The position numbers were made by a program, and so were the translations under genes. From Flectonema sp. DT1601 (Eukaryota), in the NCBI GenBank assembly GCA_964019425.1, contig OZ025787.1, positions 186,001 to 250,000 on the forward strand: a stretch of DNA of 64,000 bases, given 5' to 3'. The notes under the pieces were generated by a model that saw nothing but the letters and a program-made list of their open reading frames with translations, was not told the origin of the DNA and searched no databases. Shown here piece by piece: positions 1-12,801 of the stretch. Numbering within the stretch: position 1 is the first letter of the stretch; the number at the start of each line of letters is the position of its first letter.

Positions 1-2812
1 AAAAAAACAACACGGGGACTTTGATAATTTAAAAACAGTAACAACTTTTTAGGGTATTAATACAAAATTAATATCAAGTACTTGACTGAAAAGAATATTT
101 GTAGTTGTTAATAAAAAGAAAGGTACGTTTAGAAAAAAGAAAACATAAAAGGGAAATATGTTCCCTCTTATACGTGAGGGTAAATTAATACTGTATTATC
201 AAGCTGAGGGAGGGAAATAAACTGGATCCCGACATGCCCACAAAATAATAATAAATGCCAGAACTGTGAAGACACTTTGCGTTAAACAGAAAAAAGCTTT
301 TCTTGGTACCCGTGTGACTTTACTATTAAGTACCTTTAAATCTCATTCTTAAGAGATTCACTGCACGCCGCATTAAGATAGTCAACGATGCTGCATACCA
401 AAGTGAGAAAATAAAACCAACAAATAAGTGCCGAGAAGTGTAAATAAAGGAACGAGGGTAAAGGGAGATTGACTCATATAGCCAAGCGAGAGTAAGTGGT
501 TGGAGGAGAACGTTAACCTACTCATTGCAGTAACAACGGTTACAGGATACGGTTGCAAACAATACAAAAATATAAAATAGTTAAGAAAACTATCACACAC
601 CGATAACAACTTTCACTACCTAAAAACAGAATAGCAAATTGACAGAAATAGTGTTTTAAATTGAGTTGCTCCTGCACTAGAAAACAGTACAGAAAACAAA
701 TAACCAATTCACTAATTAATATCAGCATGTAGTCAAACAACGAAGACCACTAGTTGCTGCATTCTCAAAGGATTACGAGACGGTTGACAACGCCTCATGT
801 TATCGACAAGGGGAAGAGAAAAAAAATGACAAGTGAAGAAAGCCATAAGACCTTCTTCAAACGAATGCAAAGAACAGAATCAAAAAAAAGAAGATCAATT
901 GTTGTTAAAAATAATAGAAAAGATGACACCATTGAAAAAGTAAATAATTAAAATTTAAAAAAAGGGGAAAAAAGAAAAAGAATTTTTAAATGTGAACTTG
1001 AATCAATCCAATAGTTATTCACAACAGCGTGTTTCGTTTTAGGAAAAAAAAAAAAAAGAAAAAGGAAAGGAGAAGGTAATGTGTTGCTGAGAAGAGATGG
1101 ATGCAACACGTGCTACTGAGATAGAAAGTAGTGCAAACCGTACAGTGCTTGTCACAATCGGGAAAAAACAATTTTTCCCGATAACAAAATTTCATTTCAA
1201 ACTTTTCTCTCCTAATAAGCATCCTCACACCGAAAAAGTTTTCCTTTTTTTTTTGTTTTTCCTTTTTTTTTTTTTGCTGTTGTTCAAAGCAAACCTCATC
1301 AGAAGAAAAGCAATACTAACAGCTCAGAATATGCAATCTCAAGATACTATTAAAAAAAAGAAATAGAAAAGGTCCAGATACTGAGAGAGATGACGCAATT
1401 AAAACACACAAAAGAAAATAAAAACGTAGAAAAAATTAATCAAATCTTTTCTGTTCTTTGTTTGATGCTACTGTCGCAGTACACACAACAAAAATAAAAA
1501 TAATGGCAGTTAACTTAATTTTACTTTTCTTCATTCCGACAATTAGAAAGTAGTGTACATTGTTTTCCTACCATTCGAAGTTTAAAAAAAACGTGACAAT
1601 GACAAGTAGGTAATGCACACAACTACAAGAGGAGATAACAAATAAAAAATAACAAAATCAGAGTGAAGTAGGAAAAAAAAAAGAGAAACCACAATCAATA
1701 TATGTTCACCCCAGAGCAAACTAACTCAGACATTACGAACCGCCAAACCAGTCTGTCTCATGCGTAAAAGAGACAAATAGTACGCGCAATTACGTAATAA
1801 ATTAAATTAAAAAGATAATAAATAAGCAATTACAATACCTCCGACTTAAAATGTGTATGCGTGAAATTGCGGAAAGGGTTATACAGACCTCGTTCTGAAT
1901 CCCAAAAAAAAAAAAGTAAAAATAACGAACTATATGCGAAAAAAGATCATTTTGTATATAAAAAACTCCTTCCAAACTCGAAAAATAGTTTGTATGTAGC
2001 TGACGGTTTCGAAAACCTTTTTATTAAATTCAGATAATGATAACAAAAAGAAGGGAAAATGTGATGTAACATAACGGGAACCACACATAAGGGTGATGAA
2101 CTAGTCAACATAAGAAATTACTTGATATAAGAAAAAGAAACGAGAGAAAAATAAATGACAGAAATTGAAATTAGTTTGTTATGTAGCAGCGCACTCAATC
2201 AAAAGTACAAAAGGGAAAAGTTAACAATCCCTGAGATAGCTTCACACTAATTGTCTCCCCAGTAGTTCTGGGAATTCATTCTAGTTTTTCGATAAGCCAG
2301 ATATACTATTTACTGAAGGCTTATTCAGATTCAAATGAGACAGTCAGTTCTTAACTGCTCCAGAAGATACTTCAATCGTAAATCCCTCAAAGGGGAAATA
2401 ATTTTTAATCCCCACCACCTAACACATTATTAAATTAACAATCCCATAGAATGACTACCCAGTTGCCAACTACATGGGAACTCACAATCTGCCTGTGAGA
2501 TCACCAGAGAAGAGATCGTGCAAGGTAGTATGAACACAGTGAATCAAATCAAAATCGTAAGTCGCGCAACGTTCATGTTGCTTCTTAACATTTGGAACCT
2601 TTGCGTTTGTTTGAGAAGTGTGCGAGGGAAGAGACAAAAACAATAAAAAAATAACCACAACACCAAAAAGAATGAAGAGAGTAAACAACTACCTAGTGAA
2701 GTGAAACTACACAATAACCACCAAAACTTGAACCTGATTGGTGCAGTAACCAAGATTCAATACATACACAAGACAAACAGAGCTAAAAACAACAGGAGAA
2801 CATCCCAAGACT

Positions 2813-2864
2813 AGGCTCTTAATCTGAATAGTTTCTGTCAGTGCAAAAAAAAAAAAAAAAAAAA
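2813..2864 (+). mobile_element. Family A end fragment (hairpin partly deleted) with poly(A)
   Basis: GGCTCTTAATCTGAATAGTTT is identical to the reverse complement of a stretch near 39189-39212; followed by CTGTCAGTGC and A20. Confidence 0.55.
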
Positions 2865-5258
2865 GAGGCAAAATAACATGCGAAGAGAGAAGATTGGAGC
2901 GACTGAAAGGACAGGAAAAAAAAGAATGGAAACAATACTGAATAAGGTGATACGAATTACTATAATTGACAAGAAGAACAAGGAAAATATGTTAAGTAAT
3001 AATAAAAAGAAAAAATATAATTGAGCCCTCGATCGTGTTCGGTAATTCCTGAGGGGAAGGCTGTTTGATTAGGTTCATACGAATGTAAATCTCTGTATTG
3101 TATCAGAGCTCAATAATAAATTAAAAAAACTCATGACACGGTGACTAAAATGTTAATGCAGGCTAACACTCTGCAATTGACGTACTGCTCTACATTATAA
3201 TAAATGTTTCTAACTTATCTGCATACATGTCTCCTTTTCCGTGTTGTCATTCAGTGCAGTACGGAATCAAGTTATTCAATTACGAATTAATCGTGAGCCC
3301 TGGGAAACCAAAACCAGAGGTATAATGTAATACGGCAGAGTATAGGTTTCGCCTATAGTCTCGTCAAGAAATTAACAATCTTTATAAAATGAAAATGAGT
3401 ATTTCTTAGTAAAATTCTTTATAAAAAAAGTTGTTAGCAACAATTGCTAACCACGCTCACCTTAAATAAATTAAGGTAGTAATGTCCAAAATAAGTTGGA
3501 ATAACATTCCTGAGGGGATGTATGTTCGATTTTGTAAAAATTACAACTGTGTTGTATCATAAAAACATAAAGATAATTTAACATTAGTTTTAAATACAGT
3601 TCCTGAGGGGGTGAGGTATAATGGGGTTAAACAATCACTTGCATAGGGCTTGGCGCTGCTCGTCAGAAATCAGAAAACCCTTTACGAAGACACACAAAAC
3701 GCTTGCTTTTACGCAGTCTGAGACCGACTTAGCCTAAGAGTACGAAGTTGGTTTGGTTTAGTTTCAGCGACGCAATTAGAGGGAGAAAAACACGGGGGGC
3801 AAAACGGAGAACGGAATTGTGAACTATCGGTTCAATTATATTTCCTTCCATACAAAAGTGTGGATGCAAAAAAAAAAAAAATAAAATAAAATAAAATAAA
3901 TACTCATCGCGACTTACCATTCATTCAGAAACTATCCTATGCTACCTGAAGAATACATTAAAGATATCACGTACAGCATATTTATCGAAGTCAGGAAAGC
4001 CAAACAGACTCCCACAGGTGAGAACAGACGTGAATTAACTGGACGCTTGTACGAGGCAGTGTAACAGTTTCTTTAACAGTAGTAACAACAGGGAAAAGTT
4101 CAACAGCTACTATCCATTCAGCATCCCGATTAACTCCTCAGCTGCGAGGCAACAGCAACGTAATTAGACCAAATCTTACTACTACCGATTGCTGTGGCAT
4201 AGCTTCAGCTGACTGGACGTTACTAACAGGGGAGTTATCACAAATAAATAATCAATCAAGAACTATTGGGTTAAAAAAAGCAAAAACTGTAAATGTATTA
4301 AAACGAATACTAAAAAAAACTATATTCTTGTAAAACCTAACAACATCTTATGCTAATGTTCAACTCAAAAGCAATCATCAGGTCACTTGGGGTAAGTTGA
4401 TGCTGTAGCAGTTAGTATCATTAATTTTAGTATAGAAAAGTGAGAATAAAAAGTAGAGATAAGTAAAAAAAAGTATTCATTTCTGCAGTTTCCAACATCT
4501 AGTTAGTTAGCAAAAATACAGAACTGATGACTACGAGGGGTCTGCCCTGGGTAGCCCTGACAGGTGGATTCTCCAACATGTACAACCAGACTGCACGGCA
4601 GAAGGATGCCGTTGAAAAGTATCTCAAGACTGCGACCCTTCCAAAGGCGAGCTACTTCAACAGATCTGGTTTGTTAATTATTATACATGTTTACTCTTCC
4701 GTTCGGACCAATAATAAGCTCAAAGGAACAAAGGGGAGAAAGAAAAAAAAAGGTAGAAATTCCTTCTTTTTTTTTTTTTGTTTTGATTTTTTTAATTTAA
4801 ATAAATTCAATTTATTATAGCGCCTACAAATACATAACTTACTCAGCAAAAGAAAATAGAACAGAAAAAAATAGGTTAAACTGAAAAAATAACAGAAGAT
4901 AAAGGTTCATTTTTTGAATAGTGGGTAAAAAGGTTAGAACATGTATTACACTCGTACATAACTAAAATAAATGTTAGTATCCAGAAATCGTTGTGGTAGT
5001 GAGGGCCAAGTACTATAAGTTAAGCGCCCCATGCCTTGCAGTCCGCTACAACGAATGTAAATTTCTTTTTTTTTTGTTGTAAGAAAAACTGAGTTAGTTC
5101 GTAGCTCACTACTATCAGAGAACACTTCTGTTATTACAGAAAGCTGATTTCTGTGAGGTTGAAGATCATCTTGAAGCGACATACTAAATTGAGCTAATCT
5201 TTTGATGATTTGTTATAACTTTTGGTACAATCCTGACTTCTGCTTTTTCTTAAAAATA

Positions 5259-5390
5259 TTACCCACCTGGGGGTGAAACTTTGACAATGTAAAAACAGTA
5301 ACAACTTTAGATATTAAAGAAAACAAAATTAATATCAAGTACTTGACTGAAAAATATCAAGTTACCCCCACCTGGGGGGGTAATTTGATA
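5259..5390. repeat. Dispersed AT-rich repeat bracketed by CCCACCTGGGGG hairpins; second copy at ~14-98
   Basis: AAAAACAGTAACAACTTT...ACAAAATTAATATCAAGTACTTGACTGAAAA occurs at both 31-92 and 5291-5353; 15-bp stem 5355-5369/5376-5390. Confidence 0.75.
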
Positions 5391-5919
5391 CTAATATTAA
5401 ATGAAAAGTGAAACTGGCAAAAACGAATACAGGGTTCGAACAAAACGGGGGAGACAAGTAGACGAGAATTCCAGAATCCCTGTCTGACCAATTCTGACAA
5501 TAGAAAAAAAAAGAAGGAAAAAAAAAATTGCGTGTCCAGTTCGTCGAATTAGACTTGCCAAAATTGAGTTGCCAAGTCCGAAATTCTTAGGAACATTATC
5601 TTCTGATTAATATTTATTTAATCAGAAGTTCAGAAATACGATTACCCTCGAGATAAATTTCGGGTGTTTAAAAGAGAAAAAAGAAGAAAAAAAAAGGGTC
5701 AATCACAGAATTGCGAAGCATATAGATGACTCCAAATAGACCGACCAATAAATTAATCTGCAATGATTCTTTTGATCAGACGCTGGCAGTTATAATCAGG
5801 GATTAATGAATAGGTAACAAGAATAAACAGCCCAGTGTCGTGTGTCCCACTTTGTAATGCGAGTGACGCACGTCACTGAGATGATTTGATTTTTATCATT
5901 ATGACAAAAACGTATTTTG

Positions 5920-8620
5920 TTACTCAGCTCCTTCACGAGAATGCTCTGATTTCATTGTTCCGCCTGTTTTGTTTTGTAAATAATAAAAAACATAATACTA
6001 GTATTATTATAAATCAGAAATAGTACACACGTGGACTCATATCCGGTGCCCAACTACTAACTTGTGTTACCGTATCTTCTCTATTCGTTAGAATAGCATG
6101 ATGAAACTTTGGAGGTAAACAAAACACAGAATTATCTTCAGTCTCGTCTCTTTGCTCTCCCAGCATAATTTTTAACATCGGACTGTCCTCAACTCCTTCA
6201 GGATTAGTTGATAACATTATCTCAGCCTTCTTCATTAGAACATTGGCACATGCTTTCTTGGCTTGCATAAGAGAGGCTCTCTTCTCAATGTCGATTTTCA
6301 CAGCTTGTAACTTGCGAACCATCAACGTGTTGCTATCCTTTTCTGAAATACACTTCAGAGGTTTTCCTTTCATCGATTCGCTGTAGCGAGTGCTTCCTTT
6401 ACTTGACCAAGTATTACCAGAGCTAGCAGATAATGTTTCTGCTTGTGGTGATAAGTGAGATGACGCTATTGTAGTATCCGACTTCCTTGGGGTGTTAGGA
6501 ATAGAGCTTCCTGATTCACATTCATAACAATCTCTAATCCATCCATGGCCGAGTAGTTCTTCTGCAGAAGGTCGTAAATCAGAAGTCTTATTCAAACAAA
6601 GTTTTAAAAAGTGACGAACTAGTTTTCCAACATCAGGTAGTCTGATAGGTTTAGTGATGACTTCTTGCATTGTTTGAATTGGTGTTGTATTGTAATGTGT
6701 AAATGGTGGCTGTCCAGTAAGCATTTCTATAACAGTACAACCGAGTGACCAGATATCACATCGCCAATCATGTCCCTGTTCAGTTATAACTTCAGGAGCC
6801 ATCCATACAGGAGTTCCTTGAATCCCTACCTGATCTTTTGGTAATATTTTACTGATGTGAATGGCAGAACCGAAATCAGCTAATTTACAAACGCCGTCAG
6901 TTGAAACTAAAACATTAGCACATTTGATATCTCTGTGAACAACCGACTGACTATGAAGATAAGAGAGCCCGTATAATATCTGTTCTGCGTATGCTGACGA
7001 AACCATATCACCGAGAGCACCAAACTGATTGATGACTTGTAAGAGTGAACCTCCAGGAACGTATTCCATAAATATATTAATTGAGTTTCCAACCCTCTCT
7101 GTGAAGTAGTACGATACGATGTTTGGATGTTCTAAAGTCTTCATCAGCGCTATTTCATTTTGTAAAAGTTTAGTTTTTGCGATGATTGTACGATCCTTGA
7201 CATCAAATTGCAACGACTTCACAGCCATCAGCTGTCCAGTCGCTTCGTTGAGTCCAATGAAAACGGAACCGAAACCACCACGTCCTAATATGTCTCCTTT
7301 GCGCCATTCAATGTTTCGGAATGAGAAAGACTTTCGCCTACCTACTAGTTTGGTTCCTAGAAAAGGAAGTTTTGAAACTGTTACAGGAGCTGGTTCTCGT
7401 TTTTGTTCTTTGTCAAATCGTAGATTCTTCTGCTCTCTCCAGCGTCCTGGATCACTTCTCATACTCTTGCAAGAGCTGGCAGAGTCATTGTCGTTGAATG
7501 AAGTTACAATGGATTCCTTTTTTGAATCCTTTGTTGATTCAGAACCCTGAGACTTCTCAATGTCAGTAGTATTGACACTAAGAATTACAGAATGAACATG
7601 TGAATGAATAGTAGTAGTCTGACTAACTACATCTTCTTGTCTTTTTATTGTAGGCGAATCCCATACTAGTCTTACAGGTGGGGTAGTCCAAGACCGATTA
7701 AGTATCCCACCAGTTGGACTACAATTAAGCTGATTGTGTATTGAAACACGACTATCTCTGTATGTTGTTGTACTTTGAATTAATATGTGAAACATTAACC
7801 CAATTGGTGCTATTGTAACAATCATACATAGTAATTCAACCCAATTAGGGACACTTACTGTTGGTCCTCCAAAACTAAACATCGTGATCGCCATGCTAAC
7901 GATAACACAAAGTGATAATACTTGAGAGAGATACAAGAAACAAATACTATGTTTTCCTGTTGGTTGTTCTAAGTAATTGGTATCGCACTCACGTGCTGAT
8001 GGTGGTATTGTCTCATGGCTTTTCACTGAGCATCCAACAAGACAAACAGGGATGAGCATCGCAATCGCAGGAACATAACAAAAAAATCCAAGATGCTCAT
8101 GATGTGCTATAACATGGCAGTTTATTATAGTCTCAATAGAGGTTAATACAACAGAAGTATTTCCCTCAACACCACTTAAGATGCAAGCTAGAAATATACC
8201 ACAGATCCCAATGTGAACCATCTCTGCTATAAAAAGTAACAATTTACCATCAAGCAACCCATGCATCAATAGGACAGCATCATAAGCAACAACACAGATG
8301 ATGAGTGTAGTTATGTGTTTAACTGATACTTGGTATGCAAGTTCCGATTTGGTTGAATCGCTATGTGCTATTGGGGATTGCAAGTCTGGAACAGTAGCAA
8401 CCGGAGTAGCCAAGCGATCAAATCGTTGTTGCGCGATGGATAAGATCGGCGGAATAGCTATATTAAGGTCATCATTGTCAAAAGATCTGTTTGGTTCACT
8501 CAAAGGACTGATCCACTCATCAGGTGAAAATGCTTTCGGAAAACTTCTCAAACTACTCGGCGTCAGAGTACACGGTGTTGATGCTGGGCTTATCGAAACC
8601 GTCAACTCGGTCTTACGCAT
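5920..8620 (-). CDS. STE11/MEKK-type (MAP3K) Ser/Thr kinase with several N-terminal hydrophobic (putative TM) segments; 2 exons (8620-6031, 5963-5920)
   Basis: Kinase motifs GRGGFGSV, MAVK, MEYVPGGS, HRDIKCAN, DFG, GTPVWMAPE, DIWSLGC. Intron 5964-6030 (GTGTGT...ACAAAACAG) extends the frame to RGTMKSEHSREGAE*. Start placed at MRKTEL, downstream of a U-rich AG near 8692; the ORF extension upstream is low-complexity, so the start is uncertain. Confidence 0.9.
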
Positions 8621-9169
8621 TCTAACCCTGCCCGGTATGTCATTTACTCTTTTAATTGCGACGGGTTGCCTGACTCTCCCTGCCCGTCTGTCTGGAATAA
8701 GAACAAAATAATACATCACAAACACAACAGCTTCAACATTAAGAAAACATATCCCAACGTTATAGAGCAGTACCAAAATAATATCGAAAGGGATTATTTT
8801 TGTTCCTATTTTCTCTCCTCTTTTTTTTTTTTCTTTTTCCATCTTGATAAAGGAAAATATCATGAAACATATTTCTCCCATAACGTGTTTTTAACTTCAA
8901 AAAATCTGGAACAAATAAACCGTTTTTTTGACCGGACTGTACCTACAAAAATGAGGTCCCTGTCAAAGATTAGCATACAGAGAAGTCAGAGATATGTAAA
9001 GCCTCAGTAGATTGTCCGCAGTAAGAAAGAGCGCTGACACTACTGGAGGCGCAGCTCTATTCTGAAGCAATACAAAACCTCCTACAAAATGTAAGGCGAC
9101 GATGCCTGTACTCTCCAATGTCTTGCGTGTACACTTCTTTAAGTATTAACTAACCATCCGACTAATGAA

Positions 9170-9694
9170 TTACTTCTTTGGGGATTCATCAGTGGTCGTA
9201 GCAGACTAGTTTTTGTTTTATGAATTCAGATTTCAATGCACTTGGTGGAATTAAGGAACTGCTGCATACCTTTTTAGCTTTCTTCAGCTTTTTCACTTTC
9301 TTCTCTGGTCTTCGTAGGGTGTCGATGTTCTTGTTAAGACACTCTGCGAGTTTTGACTGTTTGGTGTTGGTTGTGGTTGCCAAACAGATTTTCAATATTA
9401 ACAGGCCGGGTAATAACATAAATAAAATCACACCTGAAATCTGACTACTTCACCAGCACTGAGAACAATTGAAATAGTTTTCTTCTTACGGGTTGCGCGT
9501 ACTACTGCCAGTGGTCCACTCTTTCCTTTCTTCGATGAGATAATCTTGTCAGCCCATTTCTTCTTCATCCTACCAAATGATATTGATACTGGTCCATTGC
9601 CGTCAGTCTTGCTTCCCGTGAACATCTTCTGTAATTTGCTTAAGAATTGCGGCTCTTCCAGATGCTCCCTCCGATCTGGTCCATTGCTAGACAT
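9170..9694 (-). CDS. SRP14: Signal recognition particle 14 kDa protein; 3 exons (9694-9434, 9356-9270, 9205-9170)
   Basis: LEEPQFLSKLQKMF...VSISF...VVRATRKKKTISIVLSAGEVVRFQ|SKLAECLNKNIDTLRRPEKK matches the SRP14 pattern (FL..L..LF, LLRAT..KKKISTVV...EV..FQ, MD.LKK). Phase-0 GT-AG introns at 9357-9433 and 9206-9269 join the track ORFs. Confidence 0.85.
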
Positions 9695-9988
9695 TTTATT
9701 GAGTTCTGCGGTAAAGTTGCTTTCATAAAAAAAGAAAACCACTAGAGTATAAAAAAGTAAGCTAGTCACGAAAGCAATACGCAAAATGCGGAAGCGGGTT
9801 GTTATGTCCCGAAGGGTTAGAAGAGGGACTGTAAATATGCAAAGAGAGAGAGAGAGAGAGTAGCGAAGGAATTCGCTCTTTGTAAAGACAAAGTCAACAA
9901 GTCTTCACAGTAGATCTACTAAGATAGGTAAGTGGATTTTTTGAAAATAAATTGAGAAAAATAATGAAAAGGCGAAGGGTTTACCAAA

Positions 9989-10366
9989 TCAATAACAGTA
10001 ATCAACACCGTGGATGTTTCTCATCTCTAAGAGAGCTCTTCTTTGACTGAGGAGGGACTGTTGCTGTGTTGGGTTAGAGTTATACGATGATGCTTTTCCA
10101 CAAGTAGGTTTCATCTTACCGCTGTTACTAGCGTTTACGTTTGAATGCCAGGCGTTATTTCTGATGAATTTATATTTATAATATTGTGAAGGCATTTTAT
10201 CAATAGGACCCAAGTCATTTTCACCCGTCGTCTTGTCAGTCCATTTGCTGCTGCGGGTCTTTCTCTTTTCCAGACCATCAGTTCGAATCCATTTTGCATT
10301 TTTTTTATGGATTCTGGTTGCTCTTACCCAATTCTTCTTTTCTTCGTTATCAATGAAGGAACTCAT
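9989..10366 (-). CDS. Small basic hypothetical protein (125 aa), paralog of 10737-11072
   Basis: ATG follows a poly(U)-CAG acceptor at ~10390. Shares EK..V(R/K)A.R...K.AKW.R, KMP..Y, NSGK.K and LS..RA..E motifs with the neighbouring ORF. Confidence 0.7.
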   Translation of the reverse strand: MSSFIDNEEKKNWVRATRIHKKNAKWIRTDGLEKRKTRSSKWTDKTTGENDLGPIDKMPSQYYKYKFIRNNAWHSNVNASNSGKMKPTCGKASSYNSNPTQQQSLLSQRRALLEMRNIHGVDYCY

Positions 10367-10736
10367 ATTTGCACTTGAGATGAGCTTGACTGAAAAAGAA
10401 AAAAAAAACATTATATGAAACTAACACAGCGTCGCTCAAAAGTTCGATAACCCTAACTTGGAGTGGATAGGAGATCCAAAAATAGAGCAAACAAACATTA
10501 CTGAAAAACATATAATGTTTTATGTAGTGGGAGGAAGACAAGAAAAACGTCAATCGTGTGGCGATTTGAGCAGGATAGGTTTGACTCTACCACCACCTTT
10601 GACATTATGAAATAGTGTTTGCTAAATGTATATTATAAGAATCTACTTTAAGGAATAGTATATTGTTATCATACGATGAGTTTATAAATAATATTTAATT
10701 CTTTGAATTCAAACGAGCGACTCAGTAGAACTATCT

Positions 10737-11072
10737 CTACTCCAACTCAGCGTATTTCACTTCTTGAGCAGCTCGTTGTGACGAGAGTACAGTTGCGACG
10801 TGTGACGAAAGCCCCAAATTCCTCTCACTAACTCTCCCAACAAGTTTAGTCTTTCCACTATTTCCTGTTCCATGACACTTGTATGGAGAATCATAAACTC
10901 TGTTGTACTTTGCAGGCATCTTATTCACTTCTGTCTCAGATGCTACAGTAGACATTCTCTCTCTCCTCTTCTTCATATTGTGCCAGTTACCTCTGGTCCA
11001 CTTTGCTTCTTTATTACATTCTCTTTGAGCCTTCACTCGATCCTTTTCGAGTTGTTGTAATTCAAATGACAT
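10737..11072 (-). CDS. Small basic hypothetical protein (111 aa), paralog of 9989-10366
   Basis: Non-low-complexity ORF with protein-level similarity to the adjacent ORF. Confidence 0.7.
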   Translation of the reverse strand: MSFELQQLEKDRVKAQRECNKEAKWTRGNWHNMKKRRERMSTVASETEVNKMPAKYNRVYDSPYKCHGTGNSGKTKLVGRVSERNLGLSSHVATVLSSQRAAQEVKYAELE

Positions 11073-12801
11073 ATTCAGGAAGGTGGTTTATTAACTTTTG
11101 AGAAGAATAAAATAATTAATAATGGAGGACAAGATAATAATTCTTCTCAAAGAAAAGATACAAAACAGAAACCTACTGCTCAGAGAGAGGTAAGCCGATG
11201 CTAACCGAAGCAGGAAATTCGAAGGTTGTACTTAACCAAATTTAATAACCTTAACCGACATTCTACTAAGCGACACCAATAAAAGAAAAGCTTTACGCTA
11301 TTATTTATTGGTTGACATAAACACACAATCAAAAAGAAATAGTCCACTCCCGTGCAGCTTTTTTATCTTTCAGTTAATTATACGCTTAGAGCTGTTTTGT
11401 TTGCTATCAAAATAATTAAAAAGTTGTATTGCTCTTACCAAAAGTAGGGAGCAGTTAGAAACATTGAGCTCTACACATTTCGAGGTATGGAACTCATACC
11501 AGAGAGAGGGTTCTACGCCCACCCCGTGATACCATATAAGGATATGGTAGGCAATGATTTCTAAATTTTTTTTTTTTTTTTTTTAAATGAAATACTAACT
11601 GAAGGAAAGCTGCAACTAAAAGAGAACGAAGGGGGAAAAAAAGAAAAAAAATAATAATAAAACAGAATATAAGGTGTTTTCTACTCAGCTGTAACCCCAT
11701 TTTTTGGCATAGCTGAGATGCAGAAGTGGGAAGCAAAATAATTGTTGTTGCCGTTGTTGTAAATAAAAAACAATAACGATACAAACAACAGAAGAAAAAA
11801 AAATATTAAAAAAAAAAAAAAAAAAAAAAAAAGGTTCCCTTGTAGGGATTACAGTGCTTGATACAGCAACGTGAAAAGTAAAACCATATAAAGGGTCAGG
11901 AGGGGAAAATAAAGAAAAATTCCTTTTTATAGTGAACAGGGGAATAGGGGGGATTTTTATTTAAGTTCCTCAAATCTCCAGCAACACATTTATTGTAAAC
12001 CAGTAAGTAATATACACCTAACTGAATTCAATAAAGCCCAAGCGAATAACACAATCCCCCCTACTTTAAAAGACGTGAACTACGCTCGTGCTGCATAGTT
12101 TCATTTCTGCTGAACACACAGCAAGAAAAAACTGTTAATTTTCTGAGAAAAAAACAAATTGAAGCGAGAACCCCAACATGGGGAAAAATAAAGAACAAAA
12201 CATAACAAAGATTGGAAGCAACAAAGGGTTGTACAGGGTATTGAATGCACCAGAAATAAGTGTGTTGTTGAAGACTACGATTTTCTTAATATTACCAATA
12301 TGATAAATATAACAGTAATATCAGAGTTACGTATGATTCTTCATCGTGAGTGCGCACACGACAGCGAAGTTGACGTCGCGATCGCAAAAAATAACAAACA
12401 TCACATAAATACCAACAGTTCAGTAACACGTTTCGGGTTCAAAAAAAAGAATATAATAAAGGGGAAGAAAATAACTTTCGGGCAAGCTTACATTCTGATT
12501 AATGCATGAAACAGAAGAAGGATAAGATATAAGCTTCCTAACCAAAACAGCAATACCATGAAATGAAACTACTGTTGTTATTGGTATTAAGCTAACAGAC
12601 TCCAAACACGAGCAGAGTCACATAATCACAAAAAGGGAAATCTGTTCAGCAGTTCAGATACTGTTGACATACTAAAATGCATCAGAAACTGAGCCAGGTT
12701 AACCTAACTGGGGAATAGGAAACCAAATCAAAAGTAAGTAAGCATGGTTATACTATAATCCATGATAAGACTACATATTTTATACAACTTGTGAATCGAT
12801 C

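Noticed and set aside
382..5182. Short ORFs in the first 5.2 kb and similar Phe/Lys-rich ORFs in other intergenic regions
   Set aside because: Dominated by poly(A)/poly(T) translation, with no motifs and no consistent exon chain found.
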